Positions 8,237 to 16,305 of a stretch of 40,847 nucleotides of DNA are shown here, piece by piece (the first letter of the stretch is position 1; the number at the start of each line of letters is the position of its first letter). This DNA comes from a virus. Below the pieces are notes generated by a model. It did not search any database and had not been told where the DNA came from. It saw only the letters and a list, made by a program, of their open reading frames with translations. The stretch lies in the UHGV virus genome UHGV-0390358. One strand, 5' to 3'. The position numbers were made by a program, and so were the translations under genes.

Positions 8237-8855
8237 ACAATTCCAGCGAGCTGCTGGTACCAGCGAGGCACTGGCCGCACGCTGGTTCTCGCATATAACT
8301 TCTGCGATGAAAGAGTTTGGTATCAGCAAAGCAGAAGATCAGGCAATGTTTATTGCTCAAGTCGGGCATGAGTCTGGGGGCTTCACCAGGTTGCAGGAGA
8401 ATTTCAACTACAGTGTCAGCGGACTGGCTAACTTCGTTCGGGCTGGGCGTCTCACTCAGGGGCAGGCTAATGCACTGGGGCGCCGTGCTGGTGAACCACC
8501 ATTGCCACTTGAGCGCCAGCGCGCGATCGCAAATCTGGTATACAGCAAACGCATGGGGAACAATGCCCCTGGTGATGGCTGGAATTACCGAGGGCGCGGA
8601 CTTATCCAGATTACCGGTTTGAATAACTATCGTGATTGCGGAAACGGTCTGAAGGTTGACCTGCTGGAGAGCCCTGAACTGCTGGCGCAGGACGAATATG
8701 CGGCTCGTAGCGCGGCGTGGTTCTTCGCCAGCAAAGGATGCATGAAGTATACCGGCGATATTGCACGTGTAACTCTGATTATCAATGGTGGCAGAAACGG
8801 TATCGACGACCGGCGTGCGCGGTACATCACAGCAAGTAAGGTACTGGCGGTATGA
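8226..8855 (+). CDS. Endolysin, glycoside hydrolase family 19 (chitinase-like) type
   Basis: ATG at 8226 (ribosome-binding site GAGG); motifs [12 protein letters not shown] and [12 protein letters not shown] typical of GH19 phage endolysins. Confidence 0.8.
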   Translation: MEIKQFQRAAGTSEALAARWFSHITSAMKEFGISKAEDQAMFIAQVGHESGGFTRLQENFNYSVSGLANFVRAGRLTQGQANALGRRAGEPPLPLERQRAIANLVYSKRMGNNAPGDGWNYRGRGLIQITGLNNYRDCGNGLKVDLLESPELLAQDEYAARSAAWFFASKGCMKYTGDIARVTLIINGGRNGIDDRRARYITASKVLAV

Positions 8856-9349
8856 TCTGGGCATTTGTAAAAGCATACCGTAAACAGTTACTTATCGTGG
8901 CGATGCTTGCTGTTCTGGTCATATCAGGAGTTGTTGCCTGGAATGTGCACGGCATCCGTCAGTACGATGCCGGGTATGCGCAGGCGAAGGAAGATCAGAA
9001 ACAGGCTGATGATAAGTTAAGGTCACAGCGTGAGCAGGAGAAAACACAAATTGAACGTGAAGCACAATCCCGTATCGATGCGGCGCGTGCTGATGCTGAG
9101 TATGCTAATTCCGCTGCTGACAGCATGCGCGCCGAGCTTGACAAAACCAGGCGGCTCGCCGAACACTATACCGGATCTTTCCCCCCTGGCACGCCAGCCA
9201 GCAAGGTCATCGGTGTGCTCGCCGACATGCTTGAAGAAAGCAACCGAGTTTACAACGCAACAGCAGCTGAGGCTGAAAAGTATCGTATCGCAGGGGAATT
9301 CTGCGAGCAGCAATACGATTCACTGAAGAAGCAAAAATCGTGGCACTGA
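8852..9349 (+). CDS. Rz-like inner-membrane spanin
   Basis: N-terminal TM helix followed by charged coiled-coil region; directly after endolysin. Confidence 0.65.
   Translation: MIWAFVKAYRKQLLIVAMLAVLVISGVVAWNVHGIRQYDAGYAQAKEDQKQADDKLRSQREQEKTQIEREAQSRIDAARADAEYANSAADSMRAELDKTRRLAEHYTGSFPPGTPASKVIGVLADMLEESNRVYNATAAEAEKYRIAGEFCEQQYDSLKKQKSWH
9078..9326 (+). CDS. Rz1-like outer-membrane lipoprotein spanin, embedded in the +1 frame of the Rz-like gene
   Basis: Embedded ORF with lipobox LLTAC, Pro/Ser-rich; start codon choice uncertain. Confidence 0.4.
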   Translation: MRRVLMLSMLIPLLTACAPSLTKPGGSPNTIPDLSPLARQPARSSVCSPTCLKKATEFTTQQQLRLKSIVSQGNSASSNTIH

Positions 9350-9354
9350 TTTCC

Positions 9355-9616
9355 GGTGACGGTATATGAAACGGTACGGGAAAAGTTGAGGCTTGGAAAA
9401 GTGTTATCACTCAATTGGTTATGGTTGTCGTAAATAATCGAGTGGGAATGATTAACAGCTAACTCATAGCAACTCATTCCTATTCAGATACCAATTTAAC
9501 CCTCTGTTTTTACAGAGGGTTTTTGTTTTTATGTATTCATTTCTATTCACTCTACACCATATTTTTCGTCGGTACAGGTGACGGTATTACCTTAAAGGTA
9601 TACTCTCATACCGTCA
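9355..9616. repeat. Candidate attP arm region: GGTGACGGTAT repeats upstream of the integrase gene
   Basis: GGTGACGGTAT at 9355-9365 and 9577-9587 (direct), inverted copy ATACCGTCA at 9608-9616; core site not identified. Confidence 0.3.
9499..9530 (+). terminator. Rho-independent terminator downstream of lysis cassette
   Basis: ACCCTCTG-ttttta-CAGAGGGT followed by TTTTTGTTTTT. Confidence 0.6.
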
Positions 9617-9643
9617 TGAAAATGGTTTCTATACGGGTGAATT

Positions 9644-10894
9644 GTGCTTACCGATACAAAATTAAAAAACCTCAAGCCGCAGGACAAACTGTACAAGGTC
9701 TCCGATCGTGACGGGCTGTATGTAGCTGTGCTTACGTCAGGCACGGTCTCGTTTCGCTATGACTACCGTATCAACGGTCGCCGCGAAACACTGGTAATCG
9801 GGCAGTATGGGCGTGACGGTATCAGCCTGGCAGAAGCGCGAGAAGAACTGATTGCTGCAAAGAAGCTGCTTAAAGCAGGCCAGTCACCGGCTGCGGCTAA
9901 ACGTGACGGTATCAAAAAGATTCGTGGTGCCGAGACGTTTGCGGTACATACCGACAGTTATATGAAACACGTCATCCTGGCTGACAGTACCCGCGCAATG
10001 AAACAGGCGGTGATCGACCGTGACATACTTCCGGTTCTTGGCAATAAAATGATGGCTGAAATTACCACATCGATGGTTCGTGATTTGTGTGACCGGATTG
10101 TCGAACGCGGTGGCCGGGCAACAGCAGTACAGGCCAGGGAGATCATCAGCAGCGTATACCGTCACGCCAATGACCGTGGTCATGGTTTGTTTAATCCTGC
10201 GGCTGACATTAAACCTTCGTCTATCGCCATATTTAAACCACGAGAGCGAACACTGACACCAGAAGAAATTGGCCTGTTCTTCCGCACGCTGGATGCCATT
10301 GGTGCTATGGGCACTATGAAAATGGCTTTAAAGCTGGTGCTTATCACTATGGTTCGTAAAGGCGAATTCACCAATGCAACGTGGGATGAAATAGATTTTA
10401 AAAAATGGACATGGACAATTCCTTCAGACCGCATGAAGGGAAGCCGGGCGCACGTTATTTACCTGCCTAAACAGGCACAGGATATATTGGTTGGGTTGCA
10501 GATGTGCGCTGGTGGAAGTGAATATCTGGTTCCTGGTCGTTACAATTTCCGGAAGCCATTATCTAATGCCGCGCTGAACTCTCTGATCGACAGAACGGTG
10601 AAAATAATAAATGAAGATGGTGAGCATATTCAGGACTTCACCGTACACGATATGCGCCGTACAGCCAGTACGTTGTTGCATGAGGCTGGTTATCCTTCAG
10701 ACTGGATTGAAAAGGCTCTGGCACATGAGCAGAAAGGTGTGCGCGCCGTATATAACAAAGCGGAATACGCCAGACAGCGCGCCTACATGTTGCAGCAGTG
10801 GGCCGATATGATTGATTCCTGGATTAACGGGGAGCATACGGATCTGATTCCGTTCTCCCCGTCGAAGTTTGAGAAGTGGATGGCGGGGGAATAA
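9644..10894 (+). CDS. int: Tyrosine site-specific integrase
   Basis: GTG start at 9644; N-terminal LTDTKLKNLKP...YRINGRRETLVIG arm-binding-type domain; C-terminal catalytic region HDMRRTASTLL...AVYNKAEY. Confidence 0.85.
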   Translation: MLTDTKLKNLKPQDKLYKVSDRDGLYVAVLTSGTVSFRYDYRINGRRETLVIGQYGRDGISLAEAREELIAAKKLLKAGQSPAAAKRDGIKKIRGAETFAVHTDSYMKHVILADSTRAMKQAVIDRDILPVLGNKMMAEITTSMVRDLCDRIVERGGRATAVQAREIISSVYRHANDRGHGLFNPAADIKPSSIAIFKPRERTLTPEEIGLFFRTLDAIGAMGTMKMALKLVLITMVRKGEFTNATWDEIDFKKWTWTIPSDRMKGSRAHVIYLPKQAQDILVGLQMCAGGSEYLVPGRYNFRKPLSNAALNSLIDRTVKIINEDGEHIQDFTVHDMRRTASTLLHEAGYPSDWIEKALAHEQKGVRAVYNKAEYARQRAYMLQQWADMIDSWINGEHTDLIPFSPSKFEKWMAGE

Positions 10895-10897
10895 CGT

Positions 10898-11092
10898 TTA
10901 ATTATTCTGCTGATTTTCTTCCATCTCGGCTTCTGCTGCCAGTGATTCAATTTTGTTTTCGAATATTGCTGACAGTGTTGCAAATTCAGCATCAGTGACA
11001 GCGGGAATTGGAACAAACCTGATCCCGCTGTGTGCAAGCATGTTTGCAGTTTCAAGGCATTTTCTTAAATCTGCTGGTGATGCCCTGTTCAT
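10898..11092 (-). CDS. Small acidic protein (64 aa), translationally coupled to the methyltransferase gene; alternatively a frameshifted methyltransferase C-terminus
   Basis: ATG at 11092 overlaps methyltransferase stop (ATGA); protein-like sequence ...IRFVPIPAVTDAEFATLSAIFENKIESLAAEAEMEENQQNN. Confidence 0.3.
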   Translation of the reverse strand: MNRASPADLRKCLETANMLAHSGIRFVPIPAVTDAEFATLSAIFENKIESLAAEAEMEENQQNN

Positions 11093-11739
11093 GCAGCACG
11101 CTCCCGCCCCTGGTTGTCTGTTGGTGACAGCGGAGCATTGCTGAATGCATTTGTTAATCCGCCAATATCCAACGCGTATCCAGGGTGTAGTTGCACTGCC
11201 GGGTCTTCGCACTGATTACCCCAAACATCGAAGCCATGAGACGTCTGGCGGGCGAACAGTTCAATGCGAGAAACATCGCCTAATAATTGCACAAGTTTTT
11301 CACGAACGATATCTGGCTTTCTTGAATGCTCAAGCCGCGGTGCGGTAAATGACTGAACGATCCCTGCATTAATGCGCGTAGGTAGTTTTCCCTTTACCGC
11401 AAACAGGCAATCTTCACTATTGGCGCGAGTCATGTGTCCCATACCCATAACCAGTTTATCTGGTTGTCGACTACCACATTTTATCCACGTGAAGCCCTTC
11501 ATGGTCATCAGACGGAATCCCCAGGCTTCAACAACTTTTAGCGCTTCGAGTGGTTGTGTTGGCACCCACCACATGGCCAACAGACAGTTTTCATCGGCCA
11601 AATCCCACACAGGAAGGCGGCAGATATCCATCACACTCATAACCGGATATTTAAAACTGGCACCGCGATTACCATCTGCGGCTTTGTCCCGGTATACCCA
11701 GGGTGGATCTGCATAGATTAGTGTGTATTTCTTAGTCAT
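11089..11739 (-). CDS. DNA N6-adenine methyltransferase, MT-A70 family (orphan methylase)
   Basis: Motif IYADPPW near N-terminus; ribosome-binding site GGGGTGG. Confidence 0.8.
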   Translation of the reverse strand: MTKKYTLIYADPPWVYRDKAADGNRGASFKYPVMSVMDICRLPVWDLADENCLLAMWWVPTQPLEALKVVEAWGFRLMTMKGFTWIKCGSRQPDKLVMGMGHMTRANSEDCLFAVKGKLPTRINAGIVQSFTAPRLEHSRKPDIVREKLVQLLGDVSRIELFARQTSHGFDVWGNQCEDPAVQLHPGYALDIGGLTNAFSNAPLSPTDNQGRERAA

Positions 11740-12031
11740 AAACCACCCCGCAACATCCTATACCGCTATAGTCTCCACGGCGAAGGCCGTTACCTTTTGT
11801 GATACATTGGTCCCTGCGAACCGCGATCCTTGCACGCTCAACATCACCAGAAGCAACATCCATACACTGAAGCCAAAGGTGAGCGGCAATGCGGAACTGC
11901 CCTTTTTTCTCTCTTTCAATCGCGCGTTTTTCGATCTCTATCGCCGCAGGAGTAACGGCGACAATCTTTGACGGACTGCGCATTGAAACCTTATTCATGT
12001 GATATTTTTCAAGTCGGCTTAACTTTCTCAC
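11732..12031 (-). CDS. Hypothetical protein
   Basis: ORF between AlpA-like and methyltransferase genes; GTG start with AGAGGG upstream; no recognisable motif. Confidence 0.3.
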   Translation of the reverse strand: MRKLSRLEKYHMNKVSMRSPSKIVAVTPAAIEIEKRAIEREKKGQFRIAAHLWLQCMDVASGDVERARIAVRRDQCITKGNGLRRGDYSGIGCCGVVYD

Positions 12032-12140
12032 TTAATCCAACCCTCTCTGAAAATTAATGCCAGCAGATAAAGCCATGCTGAAACAGAGGCCAGGAATAAG
12101 TACCATCCTGACCATTTGATCCAGTGCCTTAGCAGCGCAC

Positions 12141-12389
12141 TCATGCAGCGTTGCTCACGGGACGATATACACGTTGCTGAACAGGAGGTTTTTTACCCTG
12201 GAACTCTGCCGGGCTTGCTGCCTGACGTTCATCAAGCCAACGCTCAACTTCGTCACGGTTCCATGCGCAGCGTTTGTCAGTGATATACCAGCGTTTAGGA
12301 AATTCCCCTGCGCGCTCCATACGGTCGATAGTGCTCCATGACAGTGGCACCACCGCCAGGAGTTCCTTCTTACCTAATGCACCTTTCAT
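12141..12389 (-). CDS. AlpA-family DNA-binding protein (excisionase / transcriptional regulator-like)
   Basis: 82 aa; ...LSWSTIDRMERAGEFPKRWYITDKRCAWNRDEVERWLDE resembles the AlpA family HTH. Confidence 0.55.
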   Translation of the reverse strand: MKGALGKKELLAVVPLSWSTIDRMERAGEFPKRWYITDKRCAWNRDEVERWLDERQAASPAEFQGKKPPVQQRVYRPVSNAA

Positions 12390-12438
12390 AAATACCTCTC
12401 TTGGTTGCAGTGCGGCGCGTGTGGCACCGCGGTGGTGG

Positions 12439-13461
12439 TTACTCGAATTCTGGACGCATATCGTTAAGCGTCATCATGAATTTTTGGTGATATTCATCAC
12501 CGAGCTTTTCAGCCATGGTGTTAATCTCATTTTCAGCGCTCTTGAACATCGTTTTTGCATCTTCAGCAGATGGATCCAGGCTATTAAGTATCGCGATGAT
12601 ATATTCTCGAGCTTCTTCTCGTTCTGAATCTGAAATTGGCGACAGGTGTTGACGCTCATCGTCAACTACGGAATATTCACCAGTGATAACAGCTGCGTTA
12701 TCTTGGCTAAGTCCAGCTTCAGCGCGCTCATCCATAACAACAGCCTTCTGCATTTCAATAGAAACAGGAAGATATTTGAATAGTCGGCGAATTACTGTTT
12801 TTTTAGCCATCTCATCGAAGTGATCAACCCATGGGCCACTGCTACCGGCTTTGCTCAGTGCACGAACTTTCTCAATGTCTGCCCGGCTCATAACTTCAAA
12901 TTGGACTCCGCCATCTTTCAGTCGTGCAACGGCGTAAACGTGCGTTAATTCTCCGCGGTCACCTGTTTCGCAAGGTAAATGCTCGAGCGTTTCTTCCAGG
13001 CCGTATGAGTAGCTGAATTTGTCGTTTGTATGTACGGTACGAGCCGAGATACTCAGGATCTGCCCAGAGCGGCGGGCAAGGTCAATCATTCCGCGATAGC
13101 CGATAATCAGCTGTGCTTCTGTAGATACGGTTTCCCATCTTCCATTTACTTTCTGGCGTTTGTCGAACGGTATCAGGTAAGCGTGTCCAAGAGCTCCGCC
13201 TGGTTCAAGACCCAATTGGGCACATTGCATAATTGCCCCCAGGAAGCTGGCTTGGTCGCATGATGCAAGTTTTGGAACCTTTCGGATCTCTGTGGTTGCT
13301 ATGCGCGCCAGACGGTCTGCTGTCATGTGCTTTGGAAGTGCCAAAGCCATCTGAGCTTTAATTTTTGGGTCTGCCAGAAGTCCGGCCAGAGTTGTTGGTT
13401 TCTCATTATGATGTGCAACTTGGTTACCGGCAGCCGCTGCCTTAAGTGCATTGATAGACAT
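12439..13461 (-). CDS. recT: RecT-family single-strand annealing recombinase
   Basis: Strong similarity by eye to Rac RecT (ADRLARIATTEIRKVP...GYRGMIDLARRSGQI...HVYAVARLKDGG.QFEVM...KTVIRRLFKYLPVSIE); AAGGAG ribosome-binding site. Confidence 0.85.
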   Translation of the reverse strand: MSINALKAAAAGNQVAHHNEKPTTLAGLLADPKIKAQMALALPKHMTADRLARIATTEIRKVPKLASCDQASFLGAIMQCAQLGLEPGGALGHAYLIPFDKRQKVNGRWETVSTEAQLIIGYRGMIDLARRSGQILSISARTVHTNDKFSYSYGLEETLEHLPCETGDRGELTHVYAVARLKDGGVQFEVMSRADIEKVRALSKAGSSGPWVDHFDEMAKKTVIRRLFKYLPVSIEMQKAVVMDERAEAGLSQDNAAVITGEYSVVDDERQHLSPISDSEREEAREYIIAILNSLDPSAEDAKTMFKSAENEINTMAEKLGDEYHQKFMMTLNDMRPEFE

Positions 13462-13470
13462 TTTTTCTCC

Positions 13471-14370
13471 TTACTTCATTCTGAAGACGCGTTGTGTCGT
13501 TGTTGTTTTGAATTTTTCGAATAACTCAGGGTGTACTGACTGGAATAGCTTCTGGTCGAATCTGTTGCTGATCTGAGATTTCCATGTGCAGAGCGGCTTT
13601 CCGTCCAGGGTCAGGACTGAGTGCTCTTGCATGTACATCTTCAGCTTCTCTTCTGATATAGCTATTTCTTCTTCCAGTGATTTTCTGCGTGACTTCATGT
13701 CTCGTAGATCGTTGAATAGTGCGAGTGCCTTTCCGTCAGCCTCGATACTTGTCCCGGCATCTTTCTCAAACATCAGCGATACATCGCTTACGCTGGTAGC
13801 TTCCGGCGGGTTAAGATTTTTCACTCGGTCCCAGAAAGCGATTTCTTTTTCTAAGATCGCCTGGATAGTTTCTTCATCACGCTCAACCCGATAGATTCGG
13901 AAGTCGTCGCCACCGATAAGCACACCGAAAACGCATACCTGTTTGTTTGTAACCATCAACCCGTGCATGGCCTGGGCCGTGTAATGCACAGGAATTGCAT
14001 CTGTCTGGATTTCTCCCCATTCTTTGGCTTTGAACGGACTAACTGTTTTGATCTCAATGTTCTCGCCTGACGCTGCTTCTGCATCGATCTCAGCTGCAAT
14101 AAAATCGTAATCACGGTGGATATAGCGGTTTCCGCGATGAACGATTTCCATCCCTGTTTCCTCAGAAAGCAGGTCTATTACGTATGGCTCCATACGCTGG
14201 CCACGCGTGAAAACTTTCTGCTTGCTTGGGTCTACTGGTTTGACACGTGGCTGGACCTTATCCAGATAAACCTCAAGCGGGGTGCGCCATGGGCTAATTC
14301 CAAGAATCCCTGCAACATCGCTTCCTCCGATGTATTTTGTTCTATCCATGATTCCAGCGTTCTGCATCAT
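13471..14370 (-). CDS. YqaJ-like recombination exonuclease (partner of RecT)
   Basis: N-terminal KYIGGSDVAGILG and IEIKT motifs; ATGA overlap with upstream gene stop. Confidence 0.7.
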   Translation of the reverse strand: MMQNAGIMDRTKYIGGSDVAGILGISPWRTPLEVYLDKVQPRVKPVDPSKQKVFTRGQRMEPYVIDLLSEETGMEIVHRGNRYIHRDYDFIAAEIDAEAASGENIEIKTVSPFKAKEWGEIQTDAIPVHYTAQAMHGLMVTNKQVCVFGVLIGGDDFRIYRVERDEETIQAILEKEIAFWDRVKNLNPPEATSVSDVSLMFEKDAGTSIEADGKALALFNDLRDMKSRRKSLEEEIAISEEKLKMYMQEHSVLTLDGKPLCTWKSQISNRFDQKLFQSVHPELFEKFKTTTTQRVFRMK

Positions 14371-14666
14371 GCCGCTTCCCTCTGCCCATCAATCCGATCC
14401 GCCAGATCCCAGCGGGCGATAATTGCCATTGCCTCGCGCCGGTAGGAATCCATCAGTTCTTCGAACTCAGGGCTGTCTTTAGCAGCCTCCAGCACTTCCT
14501 GACGAACGCCTTTGCCTGTTACAACGTCGAAAGTTGAGGACAGTTGATGAAGTCGGATGCTCTCAATCAGTTCAACTTGTCGGTCATATAGCTGTTCTGA
14601 CAGGCGGTAGTCCTTGTCGAATGCCAGCATGATTTTTTGAAGATTTTTCTGCTGATTAACGTTCAT
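14367..14666 (-). CDS. Hypothetical early protein (99 aa)
   Basis: ATG at 14666 with GGAGG ribosome-binding site; in leftward early operon; unassigned. Confidence 0.45.
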   Translation of the reverse strand: MNVNQQKNLQKIMLAFDKDYRLSEQLYDRQVELIESIRLHQLSSTFDVVTGKGVRQEVLEAAKDSPEFEELMDSYRREAMAIIARWDLADRIDGQREAA

Positions 14667-14668
14667 TA

Positions 14669-14821
14669 TCAGCCCTCCCATATCTCGTTATCGTTGGCTA
14701 CATCGCGAGCTTCTTTGCTGACGAAAGCCCACTTAATGCCTTCCTGTAAGGTGCGGAACTTCCAGCTCATGAATCCGCATGCAGTAACGCAGTACCAACC
14801 GTTGATGATTTTCCACTGCAT
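14669..14821 (-). CDS. Small Cys-containing protein (50 aa), first ORF of leftward early operon
   Basis: ATG at 14821 with GAGG ribosome-binding site; below the ORF-track size cut-off; MQWKIINGWYCVTACGF... Confidence 0.3.
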   Translation of the reverse strand: MQWKIINGWYCVTACGFMSWKFRTLQEGIKWAFVSKEARDVANDNEIWEG

Positions 14822-14840
14822 AACTTGTTACCTCGGTCTG

Positions 14841-14917
14841 TTACCGTTAAGGTAATAATTATGCTTATTTGGTTTGGTGTCAATAGATATGAGTTAAAAA
14901 AATTACCCGTAAGGTAA
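14841..14917. promoter_or_regulatory. Leftward early promoter region with two TTACC-N5-GGTAA operator palindromes
   Basis: TTACCgttaaGGTAA at 14841-14855 and TTACCcgtaaGGTAA at 14903-14917, between repressor terminator and first leftward gene. Confidence 0.55.
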
Positions 14918-14928
14918 TCTATCTGGCA

Positions 14929-14952
14929 ATAAAAAAGCCGCCATGAGGCGGC
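14929..14952 (-). terminator. Rho-independent terminator after repressor gene
   Basis: Minus strand GCCGCC-tcat-GGCGGC followed by TTTTTTATT. Confidence 0.5.
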
Positions 14953-14974
14953 TTACTTACTGAAAACTATAGTT

Positions 14975-15559
14975 TTATTGTTTGCTTTTTTCGTTCTGGT
15001 TGATGACAAATTCAATGTAACTTTCGATCTTTGCTTTCTCGGTTTCGGGTAACAATGCGTAGCGTGAGCGGTCATAGTTGATAGTCGCAGGGTCGTGCGG
15101 GTGAATCAGTAGTTCATATCCGTGACGCCCGAATGCGGATGCAACATTCTCCAGGGTGGAAATGGAAACGCTGACCTCATTGTTTAACAGGCGGCTGATT
15201 GTCACCTGGGCGACGCCGGATGCGCGGTGAAGTTTTCCCTGTGTTGAAAGGTCGCGGCTTTCGCTCATCCAGCGTTCCAGGTTGTGAGCCGCCAGCTGAC
15301 CTATATCGCTCGGGCCGACAGGCTGAAAACCCTCCTGAGAAAGCGAACGATCAATATCAAGCCAGTTACGGGGTTTATTGGCGGCAGCTTCAATTTTTCG
15401 TGCAACCTGGTCGCCGATAACCTTCTTGCCAAGAGCCCAGCGGTTTACCAGATTTGCCTGAGTTCCAAGTTTTTCTGCCATCCGCGTCTGAACACCATTG
15501 AATTCACGGTCGATCAAGTCGTTGAGATTTTGCCTGCGGACGTCCTGGATACTTTTCAT
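14975..15559 (-). CDS. Prophage repressor with two tandem XRE-type HTH domains and no peptidase S24 autocleavage domain
   Basis: 194 aa; HTH-like segments QTRMAEKLGTQANLVNRWALGK and VAQVTISRLLNNEVSVSISTLENVASAFG; divergent from Cro-like gene across an operator-containing region. Confidence 0.7.
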   Translation of the reverse strand: MKSIQDVRRQNLNDLIDREFNGVQTRMAEKLGTQANLVNRWALGKKVIGDQVARKIEAAANKPRNWLDIDRSLSQEGFQPVGPSDIGQLAAHNLERWMSESRDLSTQGKLHRASGVAQVTISRLLNNEVSVSISTLENVASAFGRHGYELLIHPHDPATINYDRSRYALLPETEKAKIESYIEFVINQNEKSKQ

Positions 15560-15614
15560 TTTCTGGAAAATCGCCTCATATATGAATCAGTAGATGATTC
15601 AATTTAAAGCAATA

Positions 15615-15677
15615 TTACCCAACAGGTAAATGCACCTCATAGGTAACTATCCTTGATTTTTGTTACCTTATGGGTGA
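15615..15677. promoter_or_regulatory. Divergent immunity-region operators (three TTACC-N5-GGTAA-type sites)
   Basis: TTACCcaacaGGTAA 15615-15629; gCACCtcataGGTAA 15632-15646; TTACCttatgGGTgA 15663-15677 overlapping a TTGTTA-N17-TATTAT promoter candidate for the Cro-like gene. Confidence 0.6.
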
Positions 15678-15713
15678 ATATTTATTATCTGAAATAAATA
15701 TCAGGCAATAGCT

Positions 15714-15944
15714 ATGAGCGATAACGGACATTTCGATTTCAAAAAGCACTGGCTTGCACTTACTCCGGATGAGCGTGAAGCCTTCGCACAGGAAGCCGGA
15801 ACGACGAGTCACTATATCCAGACTCACTTAACAGGCAAGCGCAAAATGCCAGGTAAAGTATTGATGAATGGGCTTTTTAAAGCCTGTAAAACAAGACAAT
15901 GGCTGCGCTCAAAAGCAGAACTGGCATACTTCTTCTACTCATGA
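15714..15944 (+). CDS. Cro-like small HTH regulator
   Basis: 76 aa, divergent from repressor; HTH-like EREAFAQEAGTTSHYIQTHLTGKRKM. Confidence 0.5.
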   Translation: MSDNGHFDFKKHWLALTPDEREAFAQEAGTTSHYIQTHLTGKRKMPGKVLMNGLFKACKTRQWLRSKAELAYFFYS

Positions 15945-15965
15945 TATCCAGCTACAACCCTCTGT

Positions 15966-15990
15966 AGACCGCCACCCGGCGGTCTTTTCA
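15966..15990 (+). terminator. Rho-independent terminator after Cro-like gene
   Basis: GACCGCC-accc-GGCGGTC followed by TTTTCA. Confidence 0.55.
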
Positions 15991-16092
15991 TATCTATTCG
16001 TACCTCAAAGGTAATAAAAAACCAAATCTGGTTGATCAAATTTTCCAATTGTGCAAAATAGCCAATATCAATAACAAAAAGGGGCGGAAAAA

Positions 16093-16305
16093 TTGAAGAT
16101 AGTAACCAGAATGGAGGCCGCAAAAGCCGGGTTAAATCGCTATTTCACAGGAAAGCAGTGCCGTCACGGCCATCTCTCTGAAAGGTATGTTCTGAACGGA
16201 ACATGTGTTGAATGTGCAATGAATAGCGCCAACCGCCATCGTAATGAATTTGCTTGTGCACTAAAGAGTGCAAGAGGGGAAACCTATGGCAAGCAGCTGG
16301 ATTAA
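16093..16305 (+). CDS. Small zinc-finger protein (CxHxH...CxxC), possible regulator
   Basis: TTG start with AGGGG ribosome-binding site; motif GKQCRHGHLSERYVLNGTCVEC; start uncertain (alternative ATG at 16111). Confidence 0.35.
   Translation: MKIVTRMEAAKAGLNRYFTGKQCRHGHLSERYVLNGTCVECAMNSANRHRNEFACALKSARGETYGKQLD

Noticed and set aside
9587-9601. TTACCttaaaGGTAt as a further operator copy
   Set aside because: It is imperfect and is embedded in the GGTGACGGTAT/ATACCGTCA repeat set next to int, so an integrase or accessory-factor site is at least as likely; not counted among the 14.
9523-9711. 62-aa plus-strand ORF upstream of and overlapping the integrase start
   Set aside because: It lies in the attP-like repeat and terminator region, in a different frame from the integrase gene, with no ribosome-binding site.
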